Shown here one piece after another: positions 1-9,356 of a DNA stretch of 64,000 nt. The translations under genes were made by a program, and so were the position numbers. The notes beneath the pieces are model-generated. The model was not told where the DNA came from, searched no databases, and saw only the letters and a list, made by a program, of their open reading frames with translations. Position 1 is the stretch's first letter. Every line of letters starts with the position of its first letter. The DNA comes from Pseudonocardia sp. (GTDB taxonomy: Bacteria > Actinomycetota > Actinomycetes > Mycobacteriales > Pseudonocardiaceae), in NCBI GenBank assembly GCA_052387455.1, contig JBQTJE010000084.1:11879-75878 (forward strand), written 5' to 3'.

Positions 1-169
1 GCGACCCGGGAACCGACGGCGAACCGGCCAGGTCGAACGACAGCTCGACCCGCGAGTCCGTGGTGTTGACGCCCTGCCCGCCCGGGCCCGACGCGCGCGA
101 GAACCGCCACATCAGTTCCCGCGCGGGCAGCACGACGGACCCGCGCACGGGCAGGTCGGCATCGGACAC
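1..169 (-). CDS. arfB: Alternative ribosome rescue peptidyl-tRNA hydrolase ArfB (5' part; runs off window)
   Basis: Manual minus-strand translation from GTG at 169: VSDADLPVRGSVVLPARELMWRFSRASGPGGQGVNTTDSRVEL, containing the RF-1-type GGQ motif in ArfB/YaeJ context. Not in the ORF track. Confidence 0.85.
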   Translation of the reverse strand, partial: MSDADLPVRGSVVLPARELMWRFSRASGPGGQGVNTTDSRVELSFDLAGSPSVPGS

Positions 170-184
170 CGCGTCAGCCTAGGA

Positions 185-220
185 GCGGCCGCGACGCACC
201 CGCCGGAGCGCCGCGGCCGC
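185..220 (-). terminator. Possible hairpin terminator after acs
   Basis: GCGGCCGCG (185-193) / CGCGGCCGC (212-220) inverted repeat just downstream of the acs stop. Confidence 0.3.
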
Positions 221-226
221 CCCAGG

Positions 227-2209
227 TCAGTCCTCCGACTTGCCGTCCTTGAGCCCCGAGGAGATCAGGTCCATCACCGTGGAGTCCGCGAGCGTGGTGA
301 CGTCGCCGACCTCGCGGTTCTCCGCGACGTCGCGCAGCAGCCGTCGCATGATCTTGCCCGAGCGGGTCTTCGGCAGCTCGTCGACGACCATGATCTGGCG
401 TGGCTTCGCGATCGGCCCGATCTCCTTCGACACGTGGTCGCGCAGCGCCTTGATCGCGTCGGCGCCCCTCGCCTCGTCCTGCGCGACGTTGCCCCGCAGG
501 ATCACGAACGCCACGATGCCCTGCCCGGTTGTCTCGTCGGCCGCGCCCACCACCGCCGCCTCGGCCACCGTCGGGTGGCTGACCAGCGCCGACTCCACCT
601 CGGTGGTGGAGATGCGGTGACCGGAGACGTTCATGACGTCGTCCACCCGGCCGAGCAGCCAGATCGCGCCGTCGTCGTCGTACTTGGCGCCGTCACCGGC
701 GAAGTAGTAGCCCTGGTCGGCGAACCGCGACCAGTAGGTGTCGCGGAAACGCTCCTCGTCACCCCAGATGCCGCGCAGCATGGCCGGCCACGCATCGGTG
801 AGCACGAGGTAGCCACCCTCGCCGTGGCCGACCGGGGTGCCGGACTCGTCGACGACCGTGGCGGCGATGCCCGGCAGGTGGCGCATGGCCGACCCCGGCT
901 TCGTGGCGGTGACACCGGGCAGCGGCGAGATCATGATCGCGCCGGTCTCGGTCTGCCACCACGTGTCGACGATCGGACAGCGGTTGGCGCCGATGTTCTC
1001 CCGGTACCACATCCAGGCCTCGGGGTTGATCGGCTCACCGACGCTGCCGAGGACCTTGAGCGAGGACAGGTCGAACTTCTCCGGGATCTCCTTGCCCCAC
1101 TTCATGAACGTGCGGATCAGCGTGGGTGCGGTGTAGTAGATCGACACGCCGTACTTCTGGACGATCTCCCAGTGCCGCCCCTCGTGCGGGGTGTTGGGGG
1201 TGCCCTCGTACATCACCGACGTGGCCCGGTTGGCCAGCGGGCCGTAGACGATGTAGCTGTGCCCGGTGACCCAGCCGATGTCGGCGGTGCACCAGTACAC
1301 GCTCTCGCCCGGCTTGTGGTCGAACACCACGTGGTGGGTGTAGGCGGCCTGGGTGAGGTAGCCGCCGGAGGTGTGCAGGATGCCCTTCGGCTTCCCGGTG
1401 GTGCCCGAGGTGTAGAGGATGAACAGCGGCTGCTCGGAGTCGAACGGCTGCGCCTCGTGCTGGTCGGACTGGGCGTCCACCAGCTCGTGCCACCACACGT
1501 CGCGGCCCTCGGTCCACGGCACGTCGGTCTCCGTGCGCCGGACGACGAGCACGTGCTCGATGCTCGGGGTACCCGCGACCGCCTCGTCGGTGTTCTCCTT
1601 CATCGGTGCCGGCTTGCCGCGGCGGTACTGCCCGTCGGAGGTGATGAGCAGCTTGCACTCGGCGTCCTCGATGCGCGCCTTGAGCGCGCTCGGCGAGAAC
1701 CCGCCGAACACCACGCTGTGCATCGCGCCCAGGCGGGCGCACGCCAGCATCGAGAAGACCGCCTCGGGGATCATCGGCAGCTGGATCGCCACGCGGTCGC
1801 CCGCCCCGACCCCGAGCTCGGTGAGCGCGTTGGCCGCCTTGCAGACCTCGCTCAGCAGCTCGGCGTAGGTGATCGTGCGGGTGTCGCCGGGCTCGCCCTC
1901 CCAGTGGAACGCCACCTGCTCGCCGTGACCGTCCGCCACGTGGCGGTCCACGCAGTTGTAGGCGACGTTCAGCTTGCCGCCGACGAACCACTTCGCGAAC
2001 GGCGGCTGCCAGTCCAGGACCTGGTCCCAGCGCTCGTGCCAGTGGAGTCGGTCGGCCTGCTCGGCCCAGAAGCCCTCGCGGTCGTCCGCGGCCCGGTCGT
2101 ACCACTGCGCCGTGGCATTGGCCTGCGCGGCGAACTCGTCGCCGGGCGAGAAGCTGCGGCTCTCGGTGGACAGGTTGCTCAGGGTCGAACTCGATCCCGT
2201 TTCGGCCAT
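227..2209 (-). CDS. acs: Acetyl-CoA synthetase
   Basis: YTSGTTGKPKG AMP-binding motif, DTWWQTETG and C-terminal PKTRSGKIMRR. Start placed at MAETGSS (ATG 2209), not the 3262 ORF start. Confidence 0.97.
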   Translation of the reverse strand: MAETGSSSTLSNLSTESRSFSPGDEFAAQANATAQWYDRAADDREGFWAEQADRLHWHERWDQVLDWQPPFAKWFVGGKLNVAYNCVDRHVADGHGEQVAFHWEGEPGDTRTITYAELLSEVCKAANALTELGVGAGDRVAIQLPMIPEAVFSMLACARLGAMHSVVFGGFSPSALKARIEDAECKLLITSDGQYRRGKPAPMKENTDEAVAGTPSIEHVLVVRRTETDVPWTEGRDVWWHELVDAQSDQHEAQPFDSEQPLFILYTSGTTGKPKGILHTSGGYLTQAAYTHHVVFDHKPGESVYWCTADIGWVTGHSYIVYGPLANRATSVMYEGTPNTPHEGRHWEIVQKYGVSIYYTAPTLIRTFMKWGKEIPEKFDLSSLKVLGSVGEPINPEAWMWYRENIGANRCPIVDTWWQTETGAIMISPLPGVTATKPGSAMRHLPGIAATVVDESGTPVGHGEGGYLVLTDAWPAMLRGIWGDEERFRDTYWSRFADQGYYFAGDGAKYDDDGAIWLLGRVDDVMNVSGHRISTTEVESALVSHPTVAEAAVVGAADETTGQGIVAFVILRGNVAQDEARGADAIKALRDHVSKEIGPIAKPRQIMVVDELPKTRSGKIMRRLLRDVAENREVGDVTTLADSTVMDLISSGLKDGKSED

Positions 2210-2435
2210 CTCGGTTACCTCCTGGTGCTCGCCTGTCGGACGGCATCGTCCGACGACCTCGTCTGCGGAAGAAGCTAGTGCCCGCGCACCGCCGGTGCAC
2301 TGTCGGTATGGCCAGGGTGCGAGCCTGGCGCCGGCACGAGCGGCGAGCGGTCGGCCGGCGGCCGACGATCGGGGGGTACCCGCTCGGGGCACCGCTGCCC
2401 CGGCCGGGTGGGATCCGGCCTGCAACGATGCCGCC

Positions 2436-3227
2436 ATGGCTCGTCCCCCGACCGACCCGCTCGCCCCGCTCGTCGAGCTGCCGGGCGTGGCGGAGGCGGT
2501 CGCGCGCGCCAGGGACGCGCTGGTCGGGGTACACAACCACCCGGTGAACCGGCGCGGCTGGCCGGCGACCGCCGCGGAGGCGAGCCTGCGCGCCGCCCGG
2601 GCGTCCGCCGCGCTCGAAGGCGCACCGCTGGACCCGGCACCCGCCGACGTCGTGACCGACCCGGTGCTCGCCGGCGCCGTGCGGGTGGCCGAGGAGCTCG
2701 GCCGCATGCTCGGGGTCTGGCGCACCGCACCGTTGCAGGCGCTCGCCCGGCTGCACGTCGTGGCCGCCGCGGATCTGCAGGTCGACGGTTCCGGCGAAGA
2801 CCTCGGCCGGCCTCGGGCCTCGGCCGGGACGTCCGGGGTCAGCCCCGCGGCGGCGACGACACCGGCGGCGACCTCGGCGCGGCTGGCGCTGCTCGCGGAC
2901 CTCGTGACCGGGGCGACGCGCGTGCCGGCGCCCGTCCTGGTGGCGGTGGTGCACGGCGAGCTGCTCGCCCTCGCGCCGTTCCCGTCGGCCAACGGGGTGA
3001 TCGCGCGGGCCGCCGCGCGGCTCACCGCCGTGGCAGCCGGGCTGGATCCGAAAGGCCTCGCCGTGCCCGAGGTGGGCCACCTGCGGCGGGCGGCCGAGTA
3101 CCGCAGCGCAGCCGCCGGGTTCGCGAGCGGCTCGCACTCCGGTCTGACGCGGTGGTTGCTGCACTGCTGCGCGCAGTGGGAGGCCGGCGCCCGCGAGGCA
3201 ACGTCGATCGCCGCCGCCCGCTCCTGA
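2436..3227 (+). CDS. Fic/Doc-like domain protein, Rv3662c family (degenerate Fic motif)
   Basis: MARPPTDPLAPL start; APFPSANGVIAR aligns to Fic HPFxxGNGRxxR; position next to acs and the HAD gene matches Rv3662c. Confidence 0.75.
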   Translation: MARPPTDPLAPLVELPGVAEAVARARDALVGVHNHPVNRRGWPATAAEASLRAARASAALEGAPLDPAPADVVTDPVLAGAVRVAEELGRMLGVWRTAPLQALARLHVVAAADLQVDGSGEDLGRPRASAGTSGVSPAAATTPAATSARLALLADLVTGATRVPAPVLVAVVHGELLALAPFPSANGVIARAAARLTAVAAGLDPKGLAVPEVGHLRRAAEYRSAAAGFASGSHSGLTRWLLHCCAQWEAGAREATSIAAARS

Positions 3228-3259
3228 CCCGGAAGACATGCAGCACAGAAGACGGGCGG

Positions 3260-3505
3260 CACAGAAGACGGGCGGCGCTCCCGTGACCGGGAACACCGCC
3301 CGCCTTCGCGCGAACTCCGGGATCCAGGCGTGCACTACGTGTCGTGGTTGTGGCCTCGGCGCCCGGCGTCCCGGTACGCAGGCCCACGACGACATGCCTC
3401 CCGCGGCGTGCTGTGCGTGGAGTGCCCGACCTTCGCGCACGGAGCCCCGCTCGGGGAGGACGGGTGCTTCTCCACCGCACCGTCCCTGGCCGACCAGGAG
3501 TCCGT
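3260..3505 (-). ncRNA. ms1: Ms1 RNA homolog (RNA polymerase core-binding sRNA; MTS2823/scr3559 family)
   Basis: The reverse complement begins ACGGACTCCTGGTCGGCCAGGGAC and contains CCACGCACAGCACGCCGCGG...GGGCCTGCGTA and GGCGCCGAGGCCACAACCACG...GCACGCCTGG, matching Ms1 conserved blocks as I recall them. It ends in a GGGCGGTGTTCCC/GGGAGCGCCGCCC hairpin and lies between the Rv3661 and Rv3662c homologs, the known Ms1 locus. Ends approximate. Confidence 0.85.
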
Positions 3506-3644
3506 GACTCTTTTCTAGCCCGTGACCCGGAGCACATCAAGGCCCCGGTCGGGGTGCACCGGTTCAGGCACGCGGCGTGGTGATCATGGCCGAAATCTGG
3601 CGGTTCGGTCGACGGACGGTGACGGCCGGGCAAGGAACAGGTGG

Positions 3645-4469
3645 TCAGGCGCCTGTCCGGACGCGGCGTACGCGGCGGGCGTACCAGCTCGCTCCGACCG
3701 CCGCGACGACTCCCAGACCGGCCGCCGCGACCGTCGCCGCGGCGGGAGGGAAGCGGGAGCGCAGTGGAACGGGGTGGGCGAAGGTGAGCACGGGCCAGCC
3801 CCGGGCAGCGGCCTCGCGGCGCAGTCCTCGGTCGGGGTTGACGACCGTCGGATGCCCGACGAGCAGCAGCAGCGGCAGATCGGTGACCGAGTCGGAGTAG
3901 GCACGGCAGTCCGCCAGCTCGTAGCCGCGAGCTGCCGCGAGCTCGCGCGCCGCCTGCGCCTTCTGCTCGCCGTAGCAGTAGTACTCGATCTCGCCGGTAT
4001 AACAGCCGTCGCGCACCGCCATCCGGGTACTGACGCAGTGATCGGCACCGACGAGCGCGGCGATCGGCTCCACCACCTCCGCACCCGAGGCCGACAGCAC
4101 GACCACCTCGTCCCCGACGCCACGGTGCTCGGCGATCAGCTCCGCGGCCTCGGCGTAGACCAGCGGCTGCACGATCTCGTGCAACGTGGTTGCGACGATG
4201 TCGCGGATCCGGGCGACCTCCCAGCCGGTGCACAGCGCGGTGATCCGCCGCCGGAGCAGGTCCATCGTCGCGGCGTCGGCGCCCGAGGCGACGAGCAGCA
4301 ACTGGGTGTAGGCGCTGCGCACCGCTGCCCGCCTGCTGATGAGGCCCTGGCGCCGGAACGGTCCGCTGAACGCCAGGGCGCTCGAACCGGCGATGATCGT
4401 CTTGTCGAGATCGAAGAAGGCCGCGCGTCGCGCCTGCTCGCCACCGGCGGCAGACGGCGGCACGGGCAC
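3645..4469 (-). CDS. HAD-IB family hydrolase (Rv3661-like)
   Basis: AFFDLDKT motif I, LSAS motif II, AYSDSVTDLP motif IV. Start uncertain (GTG 4469 or 4463). Confidence 0.9.
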   Translation of the reverse strand: MPVPPSAAGGEQARRAAFFDLDKTIIAGSSALAFSGPFRRQGLISRRAAVRSAYTQLLLVASGADAATMDLLRRRITALCTGWEVARIRDIVATTLHEIVQPLVYAEAAELIAEHRGVGDEVVVLSASGAEVVEPIAALVGADHCVSTRMAVRDGCYTGEIEYYCYGEQKAQAARELAAARGYELADCRAYSDSVTDLPLLLLVGHPTVVNPDRGLRREAAARGWPVLTFAHPVPLRSRFPPAAATVAAAGLGVVAAVGASWYARRVRRVRTGA

Positions 4470-4600
4470 GGCGCAGGAGCTTGCCAGACCGCCGCCACCC
4501 GCATGGCCCCGGCGTCGGTTCCAGACCGCTCGAACGGCCCGGCAGATGCTCCGTCCAGTGGCAGGCACGGGCGACCGTCAGGAGATACAGTTGAACGAAC

Positions 4601-4690
4601 CCGGACACGTCCGGGGCAGGTTCAGCTCGACCCCCCGGAGCTGAACCGACGACGGCCCCCGCCAATCCCCCCTGGCGGGGGCCGTCCTCG
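4601..4690 (+). ncRNA. 6C RNA (B11 family)
   Basis: Two perfect hairpins with six-C loops: GGTTCAGCTC-gaCCCCCCg-GAGCTGAACC (4619-4647) and GACGGCCCCCGCCA-atCCCCCC-TGGCGGGGGCCGTC (4651-4686). Lies between the Rv3661 and ssd homologs, the canonical location. Confidence 0.93.
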
Positions 4691-4783
4691 TCGCCGGCGA
4701 GCCGTCCGGGTTGGACTCCGATCCGCCTGGTGATCTGCATGGCCCGAGCATGCACCCGCGGACCGACAGCCCCGGCGTCCCGA

Positions 4784-4818
4784 ACCCGAGTTGTCCACCT
4801 CGACCCGAGTTGTCCACA
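4784..4818 (+). promoter_or_regulatory. Two tandem DnaA-box-like sites upstream of ssd
   Basis: Direct repeat ACCCGAGTTGTCCAC x2; TTGTCCACC (4791-4799) and a perfect TTGTCCACA (4810-4818), the actinobacterial DnaA box consensus. Confidence 0.5.
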
Positions 4819-4908
4819 GGTTTGGAAGTCGTTGCCCGGTTCTCCTCGCCGGGCTCCACGCTGACTCCCGAGCGGCCCGCACCGGGTGGACCGCGAGGGG
4901 GTGGCGGT

Positions 4909-6000
4909 ATGCAACGGCGCGGTCTGGTGATGTGCTCGGACACCGAACTGCTCGACGGCATCCTGAGGTTGGCGGCCGCGGCGGGGTGCGAGCTGCACCG
5001 CACGGTCGACCCCGCCCAGGCCCGGCGGCACTGGACGGACGCACCGGTGGTGCTGCTGGACGAGGCGGCGGCCCGCCGGTGCGCGGACGGGCGGTTGCCG
5101 CGCCGCGCGGGGGTGCTCGTCGCCGTGCGCGGGGAACCGGCGGCAGCGGTGTGGCAGCACGCCGTCGCCGTCGGCGCGGAGCACGTCGTGTCGCTGCCGC
5201 AGGCGGAGCCGTGGCTGGTCGCGGTGCTCGCGGAGGCCGCCGAGGGCGGGCGGCGCGACGGGGCGGTCGTCGCGATCGCGGGTGGCCGGGGAGGTGCCGG
5301 AGCGTCGGTGCTGGCCGCGGCCCTTGCCGTCACCGCCGTGCGCGACGGGGAGCGCGCCCTGCTCGTGGACTGCGACCCGCTCGGCGGCGGCCTCGACCTC
5401 GTGCTCGGCACCGAGGACCTCGCCGGGCTGCGCTGGCCGGGGCTCACCGTCGGCGGTGGGAGGGTCGCGGCGGCGGCGCTGCATGCCGCGCTTCCCTCGC
5501 CCGCCGTGGGTGGCCGGGGGGACGGCGGTCTGGCCGTGCTGGCCTGCGACCGGGCGACCCACGGGCCGCCGCCCGGCGCGGTCGGGTCGGTCCTCGACGC
5601 AGGCCGCCGCGCCGGTGAGGTCGTCGTGTGCGACCTGCCCCGCCACCTCACCGAGGCGGCGGTGGTCGCGCTCGGCGCGGCCACCCTCACCGTGCTCGTC
5701 GTGCCGGCCGACGTCCGCTCGGCGGCGGCCGGCGCACGTGTCGCCGCCGCACTCGCCGAGCACAGCGGCAATGTTCAGCTCGTCGTGCGCGGCCCGGCGC
5801 CGGGCGGTATCGACGCCGACGAGGTCGCCGGCGCCATCGGGCTCCCGCTGCTCGCGACCATGCGCCCCGAGCCGGGCCTCGCGCGTGCCCTGGAACGCGG
5901 CATCGCACCGGGCCGCGCGCGCGGGCCGCTCGCAGGTGCCGCCCGCGAGATCCTGCAGGCGCTGCGCGGCGCACCGCCGGCCGCCCGGACCGCGTCGTGA
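4909..6000 (+). CDS. ssd: Septum site-determining protein Ssd (CpaE/MinD-like)
   Basis: Receiver-like N-terminus, deviant Walker A GGRGGAGAS and LLVDCDPLGGGLD; first gene of the Rv3660c-like tad operon. Confidence 0.92.
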   Translation: MQRRGLVMCSDTELLDGILRLAAAAGCELHRTVDPAQARRHWTDAPVVLLDEAAARRCADGRLPRRAGVLVAVRGEPAAAVWQHAVAVGAEHVVSLPQAEPWLVAVLAEAAEGGRRDGAVVAIAGGRGGAGASVLAAALAVTAVRDGERALLVDCDPLGGGLDLVLGTEDLAGLRWPGLTVGGGRVAAAALHAALPSPAVGGRGDGGLAVLACDRATHGPPPGAVGSVLDAGRRAGEVVVCDLPRHLTEAAVVALGAATLTVLVVPADVRSAAAGARVAAALAEHSGNVQLVVRGPAPGGIDADEVAGAIGLPLLATMRPEPGLARALERGIAPGRARGPLAGAAREILQALRGAPPAARTAS

Positions 6001-7181
6001 GGGCGCCGATCGCCGCCGCCCGGCCGGGTGGTGAGCTCGTCGAACGGGTGCGCACGCGCCTCGCGGCCGGGGGCGGCGCGACGAGCCCCGCGGCCGTCGC
6101 AGCGGCGGTGCGCGCCGAGTCGGGCGGGGTCGCGTCCGATCTCGACGTGCTCTCCGCGCTGCGGGTGCTGCGCCAGGAGTTCGTCGGCGCGGGGCCGCTC
6201 GACGAGCTGCTGCGCGATCCGCGGACGACCGACGTGCTGGTCTGCGGGCCCGGCGCGGTCTGGGTCGACCGCGGCCGCGGGCTGGAACCGGCGGGGGTGC
6301 GGTTCGACGACGAGGCCGCGGTGCGGCGGCTCGCGCAGCGCCTGGCCCTGACCGCCGGGCGCAGGCTCGACGACGCCAGCCCGTACGTCGACGGCTGGCT
6401 CGCCGACTCGGGCGTGCGACTGCACGCGGTGCTGCCGCCCGTCGCGGCCGACGGTACGTGCCTGTCGCTGCGGGTGCTGCGCCCGGCGGCGCACGACCTG
6501 GCGACGCTGCGCCGCCTCGGCACGGTCGACGAGCACGGCGAGGCACTGCTGCGGGCGGTACTCGCCGCCCGGCTCGCGTTCCTGGTCTCGGGCGGGACGG
6601 GCACCGGCAAGACGACGATCCTCGGGGCGCTGCTCAGCGCGGTCGACCGGCGCGAGCGGATCGTCTGCGTCGAGGACGCCCAGGAGCTCGATCCGCGCCA
6701 CCCGCATGTCGTCCGGCTCGTGTCGCGACCGGCGAACATCGAGGGCGCGGGTGGCGTGGCGCTGCGCGACCTGGTCCGCCAGGCGCTGCGGATGCGGCCC
6801 GACCGGCTCGTGGTCGGCGAGGTCCGCGGCGCCGAGGTGTGCGAGATGCTGTCGGCGCTCAACACCGGTCACGACGGCGGCGCCGGGACGGTGCACGCCA
6901 ACTCCGCCCGCGAGGTGCCCGCGCGGCTCGAGGCGCTCGCGGCCACCGGGGGGTTGGGCCGCGCCGCGCTACACAGCCAGCTTGCGGCGGCCGTGCAGGT
7001 GGTGCTCCACATGCGCCGGTTGCCGGGCGGGTCGCGGGTCCTCGACGTCGTCGGGGTTCCGGTGCGCGACGGCGCCGAGGTCACGGTGCGCCCGGCCTGG
7101 AGCCGCGGGGACGGCCCCGCCGAGGCGCATCCGATCCTCTCGGCGCTGCTCGTCGAGCGGGGAGTCACGCCGCCATGGTGA
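5997..7181 (+). CDS. tadA: TadA/CpaF pilus assembly ATPase
   Basis: GGTGTGKTT Walker A, LRMRPDRLVVGEVRG Walker B and TGHDG His box; GTGA overlap with the ssd stop. Confidence 0.95.
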   Translation: MRAPIAAARPGGELVERVRTRLAAGGGATSPAAVAAAVRAESGGVASDLDVLSALRVLRQEFVGAGPLDELLRDPRTTDVLVCGPGAVWVDRGRGLEPAGVRFDDEAAVRRLAQRLALTAGRRLDDASPYVDGWLADSGVRLHAVLPPVAADGTCLSLRVLRPAAHDLATLRRLGTVDEHGEALLRAVLAARLAFLVSGGTGTGKTTILGALLSAVDRRERIVCVEDAQELDPRHPHVVRLVSRPANIEGAGGVALRDLVRQALRMRPDRLVVGEVRGAEVCEMLSALNTGHDGGAGTVHANSAREVPARLEALAATGGLGRAALHSQLAAAVQVVLHMRRLPGGSRVLDVVGVPVRDGAEVTVRPAWSRGDGPAEAHPILSALLVERGVTPPW

Positions 7182-7981
7182 TCGCGGCGGCCTGCGCGTG
7201 CCTCGCCGTCGCGCTCGCGACGCTGCCCGGTCCGGCGGGCACCGGCCGGCTGCAGGCCCTCCAACCCCGCCGTGCGGCCACCCGACGGCGGCTGCCCCTG
7301 CCCGCGGCGGCGGCGGTCGTCGCGGGCGCGGCGGCCGGGTTCGCGACGGCCGGGCCGGGCGGCGGGGTGGCCGGGGCGCTCGTCGCCGCCACCGTGCGCC
7401 GCAGGCGGGCGGCGCGGACGGCGGCAGGCGCGGCCGACGCCACCGCCACCCAGGTCGCCGAGGCGCTGCGGCGGATCACCGACGAGCTGCGCACCGGCGC
7501 GCACCCGGCGACCGCGCTCGCCGGTGTGGATGCCGACGGGCCACTTGCCGCCGCGGCCCTCGCCGGCGCCGCCGCGGCGGCACAGATGGGCGACGACGTG
7601 CCCCGGGCGCTGCGCCGCGGCGCCGCCGGGCAGCCGGCGGTGGCAGCCGATCTCGACCGCATCGCCGCCTCGTGGTCGCTCGCGGAGCGCCACGGCGTCC
7701 CGCTGGCCGACCTGCTGGCCGGCGCGCACGGCGACATCACCTGGCGGGTGCAGTACGGGCGGCGCGTCCGGGCGCAGCTCGCGGGGCCGCGGGCCACAGC
7801 CGTGGTGCTCACCGCGCTGCCCGGGCTCGGGCTGCTGCTCGGCCAACTGCTCGGCGCCGACCCGCTCGGGGTGCTACGCGCCGGCATCATCGGCCAGACG
7901 CTGCTGGTCCTCGGCGTCGGGCTCACCGCGGCCGGCTTCGCCTGGACCGATCGCATCCTCCGCGTGGCGGTGCCGCGATGA
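7175..7981 (+). CDS. tadB: TadB-like type II secretion system F-domain membrane protein
   Basis: Hydrophobic segments, ELRTGAHP and QLAGPRATAVVLTALP; overlaps the tadA stop. Confidence 0.85.
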   Translation: MVIAAACACLAVALATLPGPAGTGRLQALQPRRAATRRRLPLPAAAAVVAGAAAGFATAGPGGGVAGALVAATVRRRRAARTAAGAADATATQVAEALRRITDELRTGAHPATALAGVDADGPLAAAALAGAAAAAQMGDDVPRALRRGAAGQPAVAADLDRIAASWSLAERHGVPLADLLAGAHGDITWRVQYGRRVRAQLAGPRATAVVLTALPGLGLLLGQLLGADPLGVLRAGIIGQTLLVLGVGLTAAGFAWTDRILRVAVPR

Positions 7982-8736
7982 ACGCGTCCGAGTTGGCCGG
8001 CACCGCGGTTGCCGCCGGGACGTGGCCGGGACCACTGCTCCTGCTCGCGGGGGCGCTGCTGCTCGCCGGCAGCAGCGCCACCGGGCGTCTCGGCGCGCTC
8101 ACCACGGCAGCCGCGCTGCCACCGGGAGCACCACCGGTGCTGCGGCCGGCGTGGATCGCCGTAGCGGCCGGTGCGTTCGCGGCCATCGGCTGGATCGCCA
8201 CCGGCGGCGTGCTCGGCGCGGTGATCGCTGCTTTCGCCGCCGCCTCGGCGGGATGGGCGGTCCGCCGCGCCACCGTGCCCGGCGACCAGACCACCGACCA
8301 CGCCACGCTCGCCGCAACCTGGGAGCTGCTCGCGGTGTGCCTGCAGGCCGGCCTGCCGGTGGCCATGGCGGCGGCAGCCGCGGCGACGCCGCAGGCCGGC
8401 GACACCGGCCGGCACCTGCGCCGGGTCGCGGGCCTGCTGGAGCTGGGCGCCGACCCGGGCACCGCGTGGCGCGGTGTCGAGCACCTCCCGGCACTCGCGA
8501 CGTTCGCCCGCGCCGCGGGGCGCTCGGCCGGCACCGGCGCTGCCCTCGCCCAGGTCGCGCGGGCCGAGAGCGCCCGCCTGCGGGCCGGTCTGGTCGACAT
8601 GGCCGAGGCCCGGGCGCAGCGCGCCGCGGTCCTCATCGCCGGCCCGCTCGGGCTGTGTTTCCTGCCCGCCTTCCTGGTCCTCGGCATCGCCCCGGTCGTC
8701 ATCGGCCTGGCCGGCGAGGCACTCGCACGGTGGTGA
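7978..8736 (+). CDS. tadC: TadC-like type II secretion system F-domain membrane protein
   Basis: C-terminal AAVLIAGPLGLCFLPAFLVLGIAPVVIG typical of the Rv3657c family; ATGA overlap. Confidence 0.87.
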   Translation: MNASELAGTAVAAGTWPGPLLLLAGALLLAGSSATGRLGALTTAAALPPGAPPVLRPAWIAVAAGAFAAIGWIATGGVLGAVIAAFAAASAGWAVRRATVPGDQTTDHATLAATWELLAVCLQAGLPVAMAAAAAATPQAGDTGRHLRRVAGLLELGADPGTAWRGVEHLPALATFARAAGRSAGTGAALAQVARAESARLRAGLVDMAEARAQRAAVLIAGPLGLCFLPAFLVLGIAPVVIGLAGEALARW

Positions 8737-8763
8737 GCACCGTGCCCGACGAAAGGGGTTCCC

Positions 8764-8958
8764 ATGTCCGTCCACCCACCCTCGCTCCACGCACCCTCGC
8801 TGCGCAACGACGACAGCGGGATGAGCACCGTGGAGTACGCGATCGGCACCGTGGCCGCCGCGGCGTTCGCGGCCGTGCTCTACGCCGTGGTCAGTGGCGA
8901 CACCATCGTCACCGCGCTGACGGAGATCGTGCAGCGCGCGCTGTCGGTGCAGTTCTGA
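8764..8958 (+). CDS. Flp-like pilin (DUF4244, Rv3656c family)
   Basis: Prepilin-like DDSG|MSTVEYAIGTVAAAAF with Glu+5/Tyr+6; 64 aa. Confidence 0.9.
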   Translation: MSVHPPSLHAPSLRNDDSGMSTVEYAIGTVAAAAFAAVLYAVVSGDTIVTALTEIVQRALSVQF

Positions 8959-9356
8959 TGCGCGGGCGCGCCTCGCGGCCCGTCGCGGGCGGCCCCGCGG
9001 GGCGCGCCCGGCTCGGCCCGGACGGCGGCGCGGTGACGGTCGAGGCGGCGATCGCGCTGGGCAGCGTCGTCCTCGTCACCCTCGTGGCGGTCGGGTCGGT
9101 CGCCGCCGCCGCCTCGTCGGTGCGGTGCATCGACGCCGCCCGGGAACTGGCCAGGCTCGGCGCCCGCGGGGAACCGGAACGCGGACGGCTGATCGCGGCC
9201 CGGCTCGCACCGGCCGGCGCCAGGATCGAGCTCACCACTTCGGGAGACGAGCTCGTCGCCGACGTCTCGGTCGCGCCGGTCGCGCCGCTCCCGCTGCGGA
9301 TCGGCGCCCGGGCGGTCGCCGTGCTCGAACCCGGAGCCGGCGAGGAGGGCCAGTGA
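8958..9356 (+). CDS. tadE: TadE-like pseudopilin (Rv3655c family)
   Basis: DGG|AVTVEAAIAL cleavage motif, CIDAARELAR; TGATG overlap. Confidence 0.88.
   Translation: MRGRASRPVAGGPAGRARLGPDGGAVTVEAAIALGSVVLVTLVAVGSVAAAASSVRCIDAARELARLGARGEPERGRLIAARLAPAGARIELTTSGDELVADVSVAPVAPLPLRIGARAVAVLEPGAGEEGQ

Noticed and set aside
227-3262. 1011-aa N-terminally extended Acs
   Set aside because: The extension is the antisense frame of the Fic-like gene; RBS-like GGAG and homology start at 2209.
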